A stretch of DNA of 60,533 bases, counting the filler, from Sphacelaria rigidula (lineage: Eukaryota), in the NCBI GenBank assembly GCA_964200075.2. It is 8 parts of 8 records of this genome, joined end to end, with 100 filler letters (N's around TTAATTAATTAA, not from the genome) between each part and the next. Parts side by side here need not be neighbours in the genome. Positions count along the whole stretch, not along the records: positions 37,897 to 45,375 come from CAXNAA020014732.1; positions 45,476 to 52,954 come from CAXNAA020014733.1; 6 more parts are not named here. One strand, 5' to 3'. The notes beneath the pieces are model-generated. The model was not told the DNA's origin. It searched no databases and worked only from the letters and a program-made list of their open reading frames with translations. The translations under genes and the position numbers were made by a program. Below are positions 38,629 through 51,256 of this stretch, piece by piece. How positions within the stretch are numbered: position 1 is the stretch's first letter; each line of letters opens with the position of its first letter.

Positions 38629-39320
38629 TGCGTCGAACGGGGGTGGGGGGTTACTGTCTTGTTGGTCGGAGTCGTACAATAGGTTGACCTCGGTACTGTA
38701 GCCCGCGACAACTTCGTGCCCACCCTCCCTTCCCTGTTACTTGCTTCTTTTCCACGATGAAAATTAAAAGCGATCTACATATATTTCTGACCCGGAAAGA
38801 CTCCCATTCTAGCGAAGCTGCGTCAAATGGGGGTGAGGGGCGACTGTCTTGTGTGTGTTTTTCGGAGTCGTATAGCAGGTTGACCCCTGTACTGTAGACC
38901 ACGAACGACCTCGTGCCCACTTCCCCCCCCCCCTTGTTTCTTTGTTTGTTTTCCATAATGAAAATGCTTCTTGCTTGTTTCCCAGGCTGAAGAAAGTTTT
39001 CTTTCCGGCCTGAAGCTTGTTTCCCATGATAAAAATTATTCTTACTTCTTTCCCACGATGAAAATTGAAGCGATCTACATTAATTTCCGACCCGAAAAAA
39101 CTCCCAAGCGATGTTGCGTCAAACGGGGGCGAGGGGCGATTGTCTTGTGTTTGCTGTTCGGGGTCGTACAACAGGTTGACCCCGGTACTGTAACCCACGA
39201 ACAACCTCGCGCCTACCCACCCCCTCCCTTGTCTCTTGCTTGTTTCCCACGATGAAAATGTTTCTTGCTTGTTTACCACGGTGAAAATTACCCTCTCTTC
39301 ATCTACATTTATTCCCGATC
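38629..39320 (+). repeat. About three imperfect tandem units (190-300 bp) within an intron
   Basis: GCGTC.AA.GGGG..G.GG...GTCGTA.A..AGGTTGACC..GTACTGTA...CCACGATGAAAAT recurs at ~38630, ~38820 and ~39116. Confidence 0.8.
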
Positions 39321-39511
39321 CGCCCACGCCAAATTTCTCTCTTTTCCGGTAGGTGCAGGGCTTGCGGGCCCTGGGTGTCCGAAACTGATCCAAAGTCCGC
39401 AGTCAGCGACAACAACGCAAAAACGTACAAGCCACTTACGTGCCAAAGATGCTGACGAGACATGGAGCCAGAGCAGAAGTACTGGACACGAGCGGACGAT
39501 AGCGACAAGCA

Positions 39512-39804
39512 CACGGGTGGCCACTGGGGTCTGTAACCTGGCCATTTTGGGACCTGATCCACCTTTGGCAAGGTCCGCGGGTTGGGTGGACAGCTGAAGA
39601 GCATTCGCACAGCATGGACAGGTTCGAAACAAAACATGTCCCAGTCTATAGGCGGGTGACTCCCCTGTAGACTGGAACATGCTTTGTTTCGAACCTGTCC
39701 ATGCTGTGCGAATGCCCTTCAGTTGTCCACCTAATCCGCGGACCTTACCAAATGTGTATAAGGTCCCAAAATGGCCAGGTAACAGACCCCAGTGGCCACC
39801 CGTG
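39512..39804. mobile_element. Fully palindromic MITE, 293 bp, CAC...GTG ends, 2-bp CA TSD
   Basis: CACGGGTGGCCACTGGGGTCTGT...ACAGACCCCAGTGGCCACCCGTG with ~140-bp arms and a ~11-nt centre. CA lies at 39510-39511 and 39805-39806. Confidence 0.92.
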
Positions 39805-42800
39805 CAACCGCTTCGCGCGCACGTTTATGTCGGCGATTGTTCCGGCGAACCGGCCGCCGCGGGTGCTTGCGGGGTCTGCCACGGCGAGTTCGACTCGCTG
39901 ATTGATATGAACCGGAAATGCGAGGAACGGAACGAGGCTAGGGTTTTATGCGAAAAGTGCATCGGCAAGAGGCGTGCGGTTGAGCTGCGGAAGATGCAGC
40001 CTACAGCCGTCCCCAAACGGGACAGGAACGCGAAGTTCAACTCGCCCAACAAAAAGAAAAAGGCGGCCTGATTACCTTCGACTCCTGTGTTGCAAGTGCT
40101 TGGGATGCGTTGTAGCATCTTGTAAAAATTGTTATTCCGTTGGGCGTGATGACAGGAAAAGACCGGTAGTCATTCTTTTTCAGTATAGTTTACCACTTGG
40201 GAGGGTGAGCAGCTCTGATTCAGTTCGACTTGGTTGTATAGTTGTGGTGGTGAATGACTGTGTCTGAATTAAACTAGTGCTTTGGGATTTGCGGGGATCC
40301 CCAGAAACGACCGACGGGTATGAAAAGATTCTAGGCGAATGTGTACTTTGTAAAGTAGATTTGTGAGTTTTGGATCCTTGATTGAGGAACCTGTAGACTG
40401 GTCTGCGCATTACGGCCGGGCAATTACGCACGTTACTCCGGGCGCTTTGATTGGCCACAGCACGGCACGTCAGGCTGAGTTTGTAGTTGGATTGCTTGTA
40501 TCCGATTGGCTGTATGAGGCACGCGCCCAGCCAAGGCACGCGCCTTCATGAGGGTATTATGGCAAATTGTAAGCGAGGCAGGAGGTTTTGGGAAAACAGT
40601 GGAGATAACCCTGCTCCCCACCTGCCGCCACTTGCGAACCACTGCCAGAAACAGCTATCGTAGAACTAATCACAAGAAGGACCATCAGCTTTTCATCTGC
40701 TCTACGCGCCGTCTCATCTTCTGCCGGCAAGCCGTGACGAGCTATAACACGAGTAAGTCACGAGTAACATAACCCCCTTGGTGTCAATTGGTGTTTCCTT
40801 TTCCGAAAGAGCTCGGTGCTTACTTTCAATAACAGCTGTCTGCTGTTGACGAGTGCCTTGAGCGAGAGATCCCTACTGTTTGAGTTAACGAGTCGGAAAC
40901 AGGACCAGTGGGTCACATACTCACCCAACTTGGGTTGTGGCTCGCTCTTCCAACGAATACTTCGATAGTCATGGGGCTTCAGAGGTAGCTTGTTTCATTC
41001 AAGCTGTAGAGTTTCTTTCTGGGTCGGCTGCTGTTCACACAACAGTCAAACACCAGCTCACGGTTTTCTCTCAAAAACCTTGTTTTTTCGGCCCTGTTTT
41101 CACTTGATATTTGTGTACACGATCTAGCGGTGTACACCAAGCTAATTAGACAGCTTCTTAGACAGCTGTCTCTCTTTTACTCGGAGTTTAACAGACATCC
41201 CGACTCGAGTTAGCTGCAGGTGTTCGATGTCTCATACAGTCCCCACGTTGGTTTCAGGCAATGGCGACCGCACCATGAGGCGCTTCAGGTACGAACGCAT
41301 ACGCAAGCCCTGTTTTGCTGCTCAAGCATGTTCTCCGCAACCTGCAGGTCATATCGACGGTACAAGCCAACCCACTGTGGCGGATGCGCTCTCTCTGGTA
41401 ACGTTATACACTGCACAGAGAACGCATAGCGTTTTCATGCACACTCGATCTGGTGTGCTGAGTCCTTTTTCAGCCACGGGCGGGTCTCGGATAATGAAGC
41501 CGCTCACACGTTCCTTGTTTAGATACGCCCCTCACGGGCCCGTAGCTTTTTCAACGCCCCCCCGACCACCTGCCCCCTCAAGCGCCCCTGCTCACAGTTC
41601 GTCGATTCTGTATCAACCGAATCGACCGACATGTGTCCCAACACACGCTGATTCAGGCTTGCAGGTAGGGAGTTCGCGGGCTGTTTCAATCTCCGCCCGC
41701 TGTGCTACGACTTATCTTGCCCAACCACGGAATGTTGAGCCACCATGTGCACCGAATTATATCGATGCGACATGATGGACCAGGATTGAGAATGTTGTCT
41801 GTACACGAGCATGATTGAAAACGGTGAGGCGCGATGCTCATGTTACTTGTACACAAACTCTCGACTCTGTACTATTTTGACTTTCACACGGCACCAGGGC
41901 ACACTAAAGTTTGATTGGTGCCCCACCAACACGCACTACGGTACATACTTGATCGTCCAGAAGGCCGCGTACCTTTCGCGTTGGATATTGTTCCGAATTG
42001 AAGTACTGACCACAGTACAGTACCGTCTGAGTTCCAAATGGTCTCGGCGGGCAATATGTTGCGGACGGCGAGGTATCATGGTGTACATACGTCGTTACTG
42101 CTGCACTATCTAAACGAAATAATCTATATTGCATTGTAGATATGGACACGGCGCGGATATAGCGGGTGTCGGGTGTTTTTCGTGTAATACGAACGAATTG
42201 ACGTCGGTACAGCACGATTGACCCGACCCTCCGCTACCCCACGCGAAGATCATATGTACTGTAGTGTGCCACCGTGCATTTTCTTGTCTGGTGCTTTGTA
42301 CGCTGCTGTTGTACTGCACTACATATTCGTATTACGGTTGCGCTTGTACATTTATTGACTGTTTATCAGCACGATGATACGTCATCGACCCCCGACTCGG
42401 CTATTTTCAGCGAACTACGCGGTACTGTAATAAGTATCGCCAGCTGCGCTGATATTGCCTCTGGAAACACGGCATCCGGTCGTTATTTTTTTTCTCAGCC
42501 TCAACGTGTTCTCAACATAGAACTGAGCGGCTTGACGTTGCTGTTCGCTGCATCCCACACGTCTATTCCTTCGGGGCATGCAGGTTTGTTAATGCGCTGT
42601 TGCGCTGGTGACAGCCTTTGTATGTCTATTGATTGTGACAACCTTCGTTTTCTCGTCTCTTGCTGTTACAATTTATTCCAACACACACACACATCCGGTT
42701 TGTTGTGTGCCTTCGACATATTTTGTTTTGTTTTCGTCTGCGCCTGATTGAAAAGGTGGTAGGTAGACCTCATGCATGTGCGGAGTGCGCGGAACTACAT

Positions 42801-42859
42801 GTCGATCGACTGTCGACGGTACCCTGCCACTCTATTCCTTTTATTTTCTTCACTCCGCC

Positions 42860-45375
42860 TCAGGTCTCAACAACTATGCTGTCTCCCACGACGAAACGTT
42901 CACTTTTAAACACCCGCATCCCTACGTTAACGATCGGCGCAGTTACGAGTGTACAAGCCATGTCTGATACCAACCGCCCTTCGACTTCATCGGAGCACGA
43001 TGTCACGAAGGACGGGTCGCTCCCTACGGACCATGGTGAAGAACCGTACAAATCCACCACGCGTAGTGAGGCGAGAGACAAAAACGAACCGGAACGTTGT
43101 GACGTTGATGATAGCGTTGTTGCAGGACATACTTTCAGGGACATGAGTGTGGATGACGACATTCCTCCTCCACATGCTCACCCTGACCCCGTCGGTGCCC
43201 ACTCCCCTGTACACCGACCAGCCACTCAAAGCGCTGACGGTGTTTCCACTCTTCTTTCTCAGATGGAATCACTCCACGTAGACCCTGATGCTACGAAAAC
43301 CTTCCCTGACGATGACCTCCGCACCCAAACCGGTGCTGAACCCTCTGATCGCTCCACTCTAGCTTTTGATACGTCGCCCAAATTGGAACAATACCTGCCC
43401 ACGCGTGACGAAACACACGACCGGCTTCGGCGAAAACGTCCAGCCTTCATTCCCCCGCGCCATTAGTACAACTTTTCAGAGGCTGAACAGACAGCGTGCT
43501 GGAATCAGATCCGCAGCAACGATCTAGCACACACTGACCTTGAGCACAGAGAGTTGGAGTTTGTCCGCCTACAGGTATCTACAAGTGTCCAGGAGCCCGA
43601 TCAGGCCTCCCATCATGCAGATGTCGACCCCGAGAAGAAGTCAATGGAACAGAATGAACTAGAACGCGCGATACGCGAATCCACGAAGGCTCTGGGAATT
43701 GCGGAGAAAGAACATAAGCTGTTGACAAAAAGATACTCGGAAGCTTCGTTTCATTCTGGACCATGTTGGCAAGTCTGGCAATCACCACTGCGTTCGTACG
43801 GTCGTCTGCTCCACCCCAGACGCGACAACTGATTCACCGCCTGACCCACCTGACCTGGCACACTTTCAACACATGCACCGGCCCATTCACAAAACGGTAG
43901 ACGTTTACACATGAGTGGACCTAGTGCCGCGGCTGAACCCCGCCAGGGCGGTACCCACACAGCACTGATGCTCACCTCACAACTTGACAACCTTTTGGGA
44001 ACGTTCTACAAGTTGCGGAGATTCCAAATAGTATACAGTGGGGTAACCCAGGACGCGTTGCTTAGACCAAAAGCTAAGCCCCGCCACCTGCCTGTTTATT
44101 TTTCTACTTCTGTAAGTCATTCCACAATTAGAAATAAACAATGACCGGTACTTCACTGCAGAAGTACCCAACAATTTTATGTCAACCAGTTTTTTTTCGC
44201 TCGGCCAGGTCACGCACATCACACGTACGAATCGGCGGTGGCCACCGCGGATTCAACCATGCGGTGTGGGTTCCCTGGATATGCTAGTACTGCCTCGAAG
44301 GGTTCCAAGACAGTCGAAGTCCGTGCACCGTTGCATGTCTACCAATTGGGCAGTGACCAAACCCAACGTTTTAACCCTGGATTGATCACCCAGTTTTACA
44401 TTCATCAGGTACTAATCATATTCAATCGAATCCCCTCCCTTCGAAGGAGAGGAGGTCATGTAGTGCAGTTTCTCACGCATCAGGAGCCGGAATATCTTCT
44501 GGTACGATGGACACTGCTGCTCCGACCGTTCATCGGAGAACACAAAACACAAAGCCACACACTAAAGCACCCCCCAACTGCTCAAGTGCCCGGCTAACCA
44601 CCCTACCGAGTTCCGCAAAAACTGCGGTACCCGGTCCCCTTTCACTCGATGAGCGTAAATATTCCTTGAAGGCTCGCAACCGCAAAGAACCCCTGCTTTC
44701 CGTCGCTCAGCGGGTTGGAATGGAACCCCAAGTGACAGCGACTCAGGTGGTACGCCAAGAGCGTGACCTAGGTTCGACTGTCCAAGAACTCATTTCAATA
44801 GCTCCTGGAGCCGCCGATCCTTTCGTGCGCTACACGCGTCACCAGAGACGGGCCACTCCAGATGATCATATAAATAACGCTGATGTAGCAAGCGCACGTG
44901 AACTCCAAGGAGGAAATTGCGTTTGGGCTCAGACAGATGAAAACCTTAGAGTGGAACAGGCCGGTACTCCCCAGATTTCGAACAGATCGTTACTGCTCCC
45001 TGACCACCGCGCGTGCACTACGTTAGAACCCATTTCCGATTAAGCGTTGCCGTCTGTAGGGACAGAGATTTCGCCGACTCATGGGCGTTCGCATCCTAGT
45101 CATGAAGGCACCTCAATCGTGTGTTGGTCACCAGGCAAACAAAGTGTTACGCAAGACGACTTGTCTCCTAACTCGCCCACGTTGACCCCTTTAATAGACA
45201 CCGGGTTGAACAGTACAGCTTTACCAACCCCGCGTCCTGACGAATCGTCTCCGAAACCTCCCATGTTGGCCCTAACTAGTGATGGTATTGAGTTGATTGG
45301 CGTATCAAACTCAACACCGCGCCCCGATGAATCGTCCCCTGTTCCGACCAAGCTGGATAATGTAATTGATCCCGC
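42860..45375 (+). pseudogene. Unclassified fragmented coding-like region, possibly retroelement gag/ORF1
   Basis: Consecutive same-strand ORF pieces (42660-43466, 43554-43832, 44507-45043, 45047 onward), S/T/D/P-rich with a coiled-coil-like segment. No diagnostic motif. Confidence 0.25.
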
Positions 45376-45475
45376 NNNNNNNNNNNNNNNNNNNNNNNNN
45401 NNNNNNNNNNNNNNNNNNNTTAATTAATTAANNNNNNNNNNNNNNNNNNNNNNNNNNNNNNNNNNNNNNNNNNNN
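45376..45475. other. Artificial contig spacer
   Basis: N44-TTAATTAATTAA-N44. Confidence 0.98.
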
Positions 45476-45544
45476 AACGGCGATCTGACTCGAAATTTCG
45501 AGCAACAAATGGCCCAAAATACCCCCCCCCTATCGTAGGATGAC

Positions 45545-45622
45545 TCAGGGTATCACCCCTGTGACAATGCCATCATCCATATCATTACTATATACTCAAC
45601 GTGACGGCGTGATTTCGTCACA
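45545..45622 (-). repeat. 3' LTR remnant
   Basis: Starts TGTGACGAAATCACGCCGTCACGTTGAG on the minus strand after a short GGGGG tract and matches 51144-51256. Confidence 0.8.
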
Positions 45623-48600
45623 GCACCCCCAAAGCGCGTTGAACGAGAATCGAGCAACAAGCTTGACACTCAGAAAAATAACGCCAAAACGATTAAGCAA
45701 GTCACGACTGAATACCAAACTCACGCGTAATGCGAGCAGCAATTGAACGAGTCACTCACACTTTACGCAACTCTTTCTTGAGAAGTTCGGGAACGACCTC
45801 AAAAATATTTTCAAAAAACTCCCACGTACGCTCCTCGACTTCAAAAACAACCTGGTCGACGAAGACGATCAACGAACGATCCTCTGCCTCTGCCACGCGA
45901 AGAATCCCAGCCATCTGAAATTGCCCCTGGTTGAAGGCATGCTGAAACACATCCGTCACGTCTGCCGTTACATTAAGCTGTGAGTCTACATAAAAACGCA
46001 GACGAGCTACATGGGCGGTCTGAACACGAGCCGAAACAATGTTTTGGATCTCAAAGACATGCGGGTGATGAGCACCAAACACTCTCCACGGACCAGTCCA
46101 TCTTTTCTTTTCGTTTTGTAACTCCCGGGCGACGCACGTGTGCATACAAAACATAATCGCCTAACTCGAAATTTGGCAATTCCAGCCCCCACGAAGACCC
46201 CTCACGTCTACGCGCACGTTCAGCACCAACACGCTCCTGCACTTGAACGTGGAAACTTTCCTGCAACTCCAATACTCCTTGCAACGCACTCTTCAGTTGG
46301 GCATCGTCTAAGACATCACAGTTCCACTCCTCCGCCGATGAGGACGCCAATACCCAGAAAGATGTCCGAGGTGCACGACCAAACATCACGTGATACAGCG
46401 TACTATCGTACCGACGGCGATATGCTGTATTTAACGCCCATTGCACCGCGGGCAACACGTCCACCCACTCGGTCACCTCTCGACGCTTCTCGAGAAGAAT
46501 AGAGCGAAGAGCACAAACTGCTTCCTTGACCATGCGTTCGCACGTACCGTTAGACCACGGAGAATATGCCACCGCAAACCGGTGATCAACGTGCAATGCC
46601 TCTCGCAAGCGGGTCAAGATCGTTTCCTTGATATGCGTGGCGGTTATCATTTGCCCACACACACGGCACGCCCAACGTTTTGCACCAATTCAGCAAAGAA
46701 GCAGCGGTCGATTCGGCAGTACACACTGCTACTGGTTCCAGAACCACAAAGTTGCTCAAGTCATCCATGATTTCCAAAATGTATCGAACCCATCATCCCC
46801 CGACAAACCTTGGGAAGCTAGCGGACCACTCTCGCTCACGTACAAAAGTCAAAATGAACGACTTCCTTCGGCGTGGTCGCATGGACGTTTCACCGAGCGG
46901 GTGGGGAACAACGTCACCAGCCTTATAATCAGCACAGTGAAGACACTGGCGGACAAACTCGCGCACCTGAGTTTCCATTCCCTGCCAAACACAAAACTCT
47001 AGTAAGCGCACGAGCGTCGCAGCCACACCGCGATGCCCGGCATCGCGCATGTGCGCACAAATCATCAAACGTATGTGCAATCGTTTGTCGGAGCTGGGAA
47101 TCAACAAAACGTTTCGGCCACGTACATGCACACGAGACAACCCTCCATTGCCCAAAATCGCAGTACCAACATCCGACTCGAAGGATTGCAAATCCGCATC
47201 AGTGGCCCCAAGTTCTCTCCGTTGAGCTTGGCGGACCACAGATTTCGACGGCATCGAATCATCTGCTTCACACGGACCAGATACAGTCACAGCTCGCGCG
47301 GGCATAGTGGGAATATTGACCCAGCGCGACAGCAAGTCACCCCACGCGTTACGTTTACCCAAATATGACAAACCGTGTACCGACACGGGCCTAATACACC
47401 TTATCCACCCCTCCAATCGCTGTGCCAACGCCTACGACACAGACGTCACGCATGCCTCCGGGTTGAAAATATACGCTAGATTTCTCTCATCCGTGAAAAT
47501 GTGCACGCCATTCCACAATAGATGCTGGAGACGACGAAAGGTGCTCACGAGAGCAAAACCTTCCTCGTCAATGGTTCCCCAACGCATCTGTGAAGCAGTG
47601 AAATTATCACTAAGAAAAGCCAGCGGTTCATGCGTCATGTCTTCAACCGGCAAGCGTTGTTGCATTCCTTCATCAGGCACCTGCGTTACAAAACTACCCC
47701 AATGGCACTCGGATGCATCCGGAAACATCAGCACCTGACAACCGGGGCGGGGATGGAACAGCGTCACGGCATGAGCCACCGATCCTTCGCTTCCGCCCAT
47801 GCCTGCAGCCTGTCCTCCGTCCATGATGCGAGCGGAATAACGCGGTGTTTGGCCACCCGCTTCGTTTGCCTTGCAGCTCCCACCATGAGTTCTTCTGGTG
47901 AAACGCGCAAGGGCGCCACGACTTCGGCCATAGGTGGCAACGAGGCACGCAACCAGTTCGTTGCGTGCAGGAATTGCAGTAGTTCTGCTGCTGTTTCTGG
48001 ACGCCGCATGTCAGACAAACCTTGTAAGCGAACCGGGTCATTCGAGACGCGGCCGTGTGGATATACTTTCCCACACCACACTAATTCACTAGCAATAAAG
48101 GTACAGTTGCAAACAGGCCAACACTCTCTAAGCGAGCCAAGATGACATCAAGCGTATCCAACAGTTCGTCTTCCGTATCCGCGAAGGAAAAGACGTCATC
48201 CACCCAAATCTTGCATTAAAATAGTAAGTAGCATTCAACACGCCTTGCGGTACTCGTTGCGGGGTAAGTGTGCCAAACGAAGTCGTGATGGTTAATATCT
48301 CTTGCGCCTCTTCGGCCAACGGCATCTGCCAGTACCCCTGTAGGAGGTCCAACTTACCGAAGCATCGCACACTCAACAGGTCCATCATGTCGCATTCCTG
48401 ATTGGGCATGACACCCGGCGACTTCTCCACGTGATCATTGACGGCTCCGTAATCGCTGACAAGACGGAAAGAGTCCTTCTTCGGCACCGCCATCGCTGGA
48501 CTGGACCACACCGCCTGTAGATTCCTGGACACCAGCCCAAACGCCACAAGAGCTCCCATGCAAGAAACTAATCAACTGGACTTTACCGGATCATACCTTC

Positions 48601-51143
48601 TCGGTTTTGCCTTCACCGCGGCCGCCCCTGGCTTCAGTATAACCCTCATGGGTTCCACGCGCGCAGGGGGATCACCCATCAGCGCACGACGAAACGCGTT
48701 AACGTGGCGATACAATATGCCACGCAAATGCTCCGCTATTGAGACTCCGAGGCTATTTTCCACAGCATCTGTCACGCTTTCCTCCAGCGCAGCCATTCGC
48801 GCGGACTCCTCTTCTGCCGGCTCCATAAACATATCGGGGCCACGCTCCACCAAGCATTCCACCGCCTCATCACGCTCCTTAGACACTTGCCTCCCCGCCC
48901 CCTGGAGAGCATCAACCGACAAGCTCACTCTGCGACCGGCCAAAAAAGCAGGCGTCTCGACACTCGAACCGGGCGACGGCATTTGCGTTTTGAGGGACTC
49001 TAACAGCCGATCATACGCATCGACTCCGAGTTCCCGAAGCGTCGGTAAGCCCAAAAGAACGACATCATCCGTCCCCAGCATGATTGCAAATGATACCGGG
49101 GGTAATTTCGCTGGCCCCCAGGTAATCCTGAACGCCAACTGTAGGGGAATCGTACGCTCCGTGACAATTACCCGTTGCCCCGATGCGGTGACGGCCTGCC
49201 GCGCCCCGAACGAGGACGTACTGCGGATTTGCTCACCAGGGAGTTGACGCTCCAGCATCTCCATAATCAGCACCGACACGCTCGTGAAATGGGCGCCTGA
49301 ATCCAACACAGCGTTGACCGATATGACTCCCCGCGCCCGTTGATTTGGGAAATATAACTCTGCAGGAAAATATTTTTCTTGATACTCGACCGGCATCTGC
49401 TCCGCCGACTGATCTGTCGTGATCCTCACTTGGCGCCACAGCTGTGCGTGTGGCGCAGGCATAGACGCCCCCGCTGGGGTAGCCGGCACGGCCGGTGGGT
49501 ACGAAGCCCCGCCCGCAAAACCAACTTGCAGCGGTACTCCGGCCGACGCAGCAGCGGATCCAAATTTCAGCTGAAATCCGGCCGGCTCAGCAGCAGGCGT
49601 CTCGACTTGCTCTGCTGCCGGCGGCTCCGGCACCGAGCCCGACACTTGAGTGTTCGGTCCCACCTGCACCGCCCGTTGCGGAGCAGCAGCCCCTGCGGCT
49701 GAGCCGGACCCAGAACCTGACCCCTGCTGACGCCACTGCCCCTGCTGCTGCTGCTAATGCTGGGAACTCGACTGCACACCTCCACTACTGGAGGATCCGC
49801 CTCCGCCTCCACCCCAATTACCTATTCCTTCTTTGTGATTGGGAGGGCGCGCGGCACTCGGCTGCCCAGACTCCCCCTCGGAAGGCGTTGGGCACTTGCG
49901 TGCGTAGTGGCCTACCTGGCCACACTGAAAGCAAGTGATGTTGGCGGCGGCACTGCCTGCGGATTTTGATCCGTGGTTACGCGAGCTCGAGGACTGCGGC
50001 GACGAAGTGGATGATTTCCCGAATACTTCAATCTTCCGCCAATCCTAAGCCTCAGCCACAACGGTATCAATAACTAAGTACGGGTCTGACTTCCAATTGG
50101 TTCCGTGCTGTAATTTCACAAGCACGGCCTGTTTGAATTCCGCCGGTGCCAGACCCCCCACCATCGCTTTCGTGATCACCGCAGCGGGCCCTGGACGGAA
50201 TTTTCCATCGGAGAAACGATAAACCATCTCGACGTTGGGATTTTCCGAAAACGATGTCTCCAACTTTCCCATGATTGGCTCCACCCTCTCACGCATGGTC
50301 TTCCCCTTGTGGTTCATGGCGACAGCCTTCGCCACGGCCGCAGACGCCTGGGTTAGCTCTACCTCAGCGCCCGCCGCATGCCCTGCATGCTTCTTGATCG
50401 CTGCAGCCAATTGCAGCGGCGTTATTGTGTTCTTCTCGTGGAATCTTCTCGCAAAAACGTGTAGGGGGGGGGGTAGGCACGAGTTGCGCCAAGGATACCA
50501 CCTGGTGCCTTACCGCACATCCCGCATTCGTGTGCTCCACCCGCTTCTTGTATTCCACATATTTCGTATAAAACGAACGAGAAGCACGCTCAAAATACAA
50601 ATTCCCGTAACTGAGAGGCCGCAACGCTTCTCTCAGAACAACTTGGGTTACGATCGTCTCCGTTGGCACTTCGGTCAGTGCCTCTGAAGTCGACATTTCC
50701 GAGCGGACCTAGTCGAAGGCTTCCGAACCTTCTCGAACTCCACAGTTCACACCTGCCTTTGTCGCCGAACCACACAGCCGTGGGGTCCTATAAACTCCCG
50801 CTGCACGCAGCTCCAGCAAGTCTCCAGTCTGGATTAATCACGGGTCAGCCGCCTTTGCAGCTACCTCAGCTTGAACCCTCCTCACGCGTCCGTGAAGCAA
50901 TGTGCCCGAAGCTGTCCAGCCTCCTCTATACTGAAAACTTTCCAGCAGTCACTAACGATAGCACTACTAGCACGACTAGCACTAATATCGATATTGTGAC
51001 GCCAGCAGGTTGCTAGTACTGCAGCGTCTAATGCTGTTGAGGGACTCCCCAGTTCCACTGGCCTCAGGTTTCAGTTGTTAGCCTTCATAACACATTTTAT
51101 TATCCTGCAGTGCCACCCAGTCCCATACGCTCCATGAACCACA

Positions 51144-51256
51144 TCAGGGTATTATTACCCCTGTGTCCATGTCATCATCCATATCATCACTACAGATCCC
51201 AAGTCATCATCCATATCATCACTACATACTCAACGTGACGGCATGATTTCGTCACA
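51144..51256 (-). repeat. 5' LTR (alignable part)
   Basis: Starts TGTGACGAAATCATGCCGTCACGTTGAG and carries an internal duplication of GTCATCATCCATATCATCACTACA. Confidence 0.8.

Larger units (their letters stand above)
38124..40071 (+). pseudogene. CxxC-rich putative Zn-binding nuclear protein; exons ~38124-38498 and 39353-40071, disrupted by a MITE and one stop
   Basis: Splicing gives ...CIVCGNLILTW|CRAC...CQRC*RDME...SDK. Deleting 39512-39804 plus one CA continues in frame to QPLRAH...CGVC...CEKC...NKKKKAA*. Confidence 0.65.
45545..51256 (-). mobile_element. Ty3/Gypsy LTR retrotransposon, near full length, decayed, with a chromodomain-like integrase tail
   Basis: Order is gag (50045-50696), protease VLDSGA, RT (WSSPAMAVPK, LDLLQGYWQMPL, RVPQG, WVDD), RNase H (FPDAS, FTDERNL), integrase (H..DAGHRG, CLHC, AYSPWSNGTCER, WTGPW) and chromo-like ERTWE. 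Many frameshifts. Confidence 0.93.

Noticed and set aside
39452..39454. Selenocysteine TGA next to CQRC
   Set aside because: The gene is already disrupted by a MITE, a CGA>TGA change is simpler, and no SECIS was recognised.
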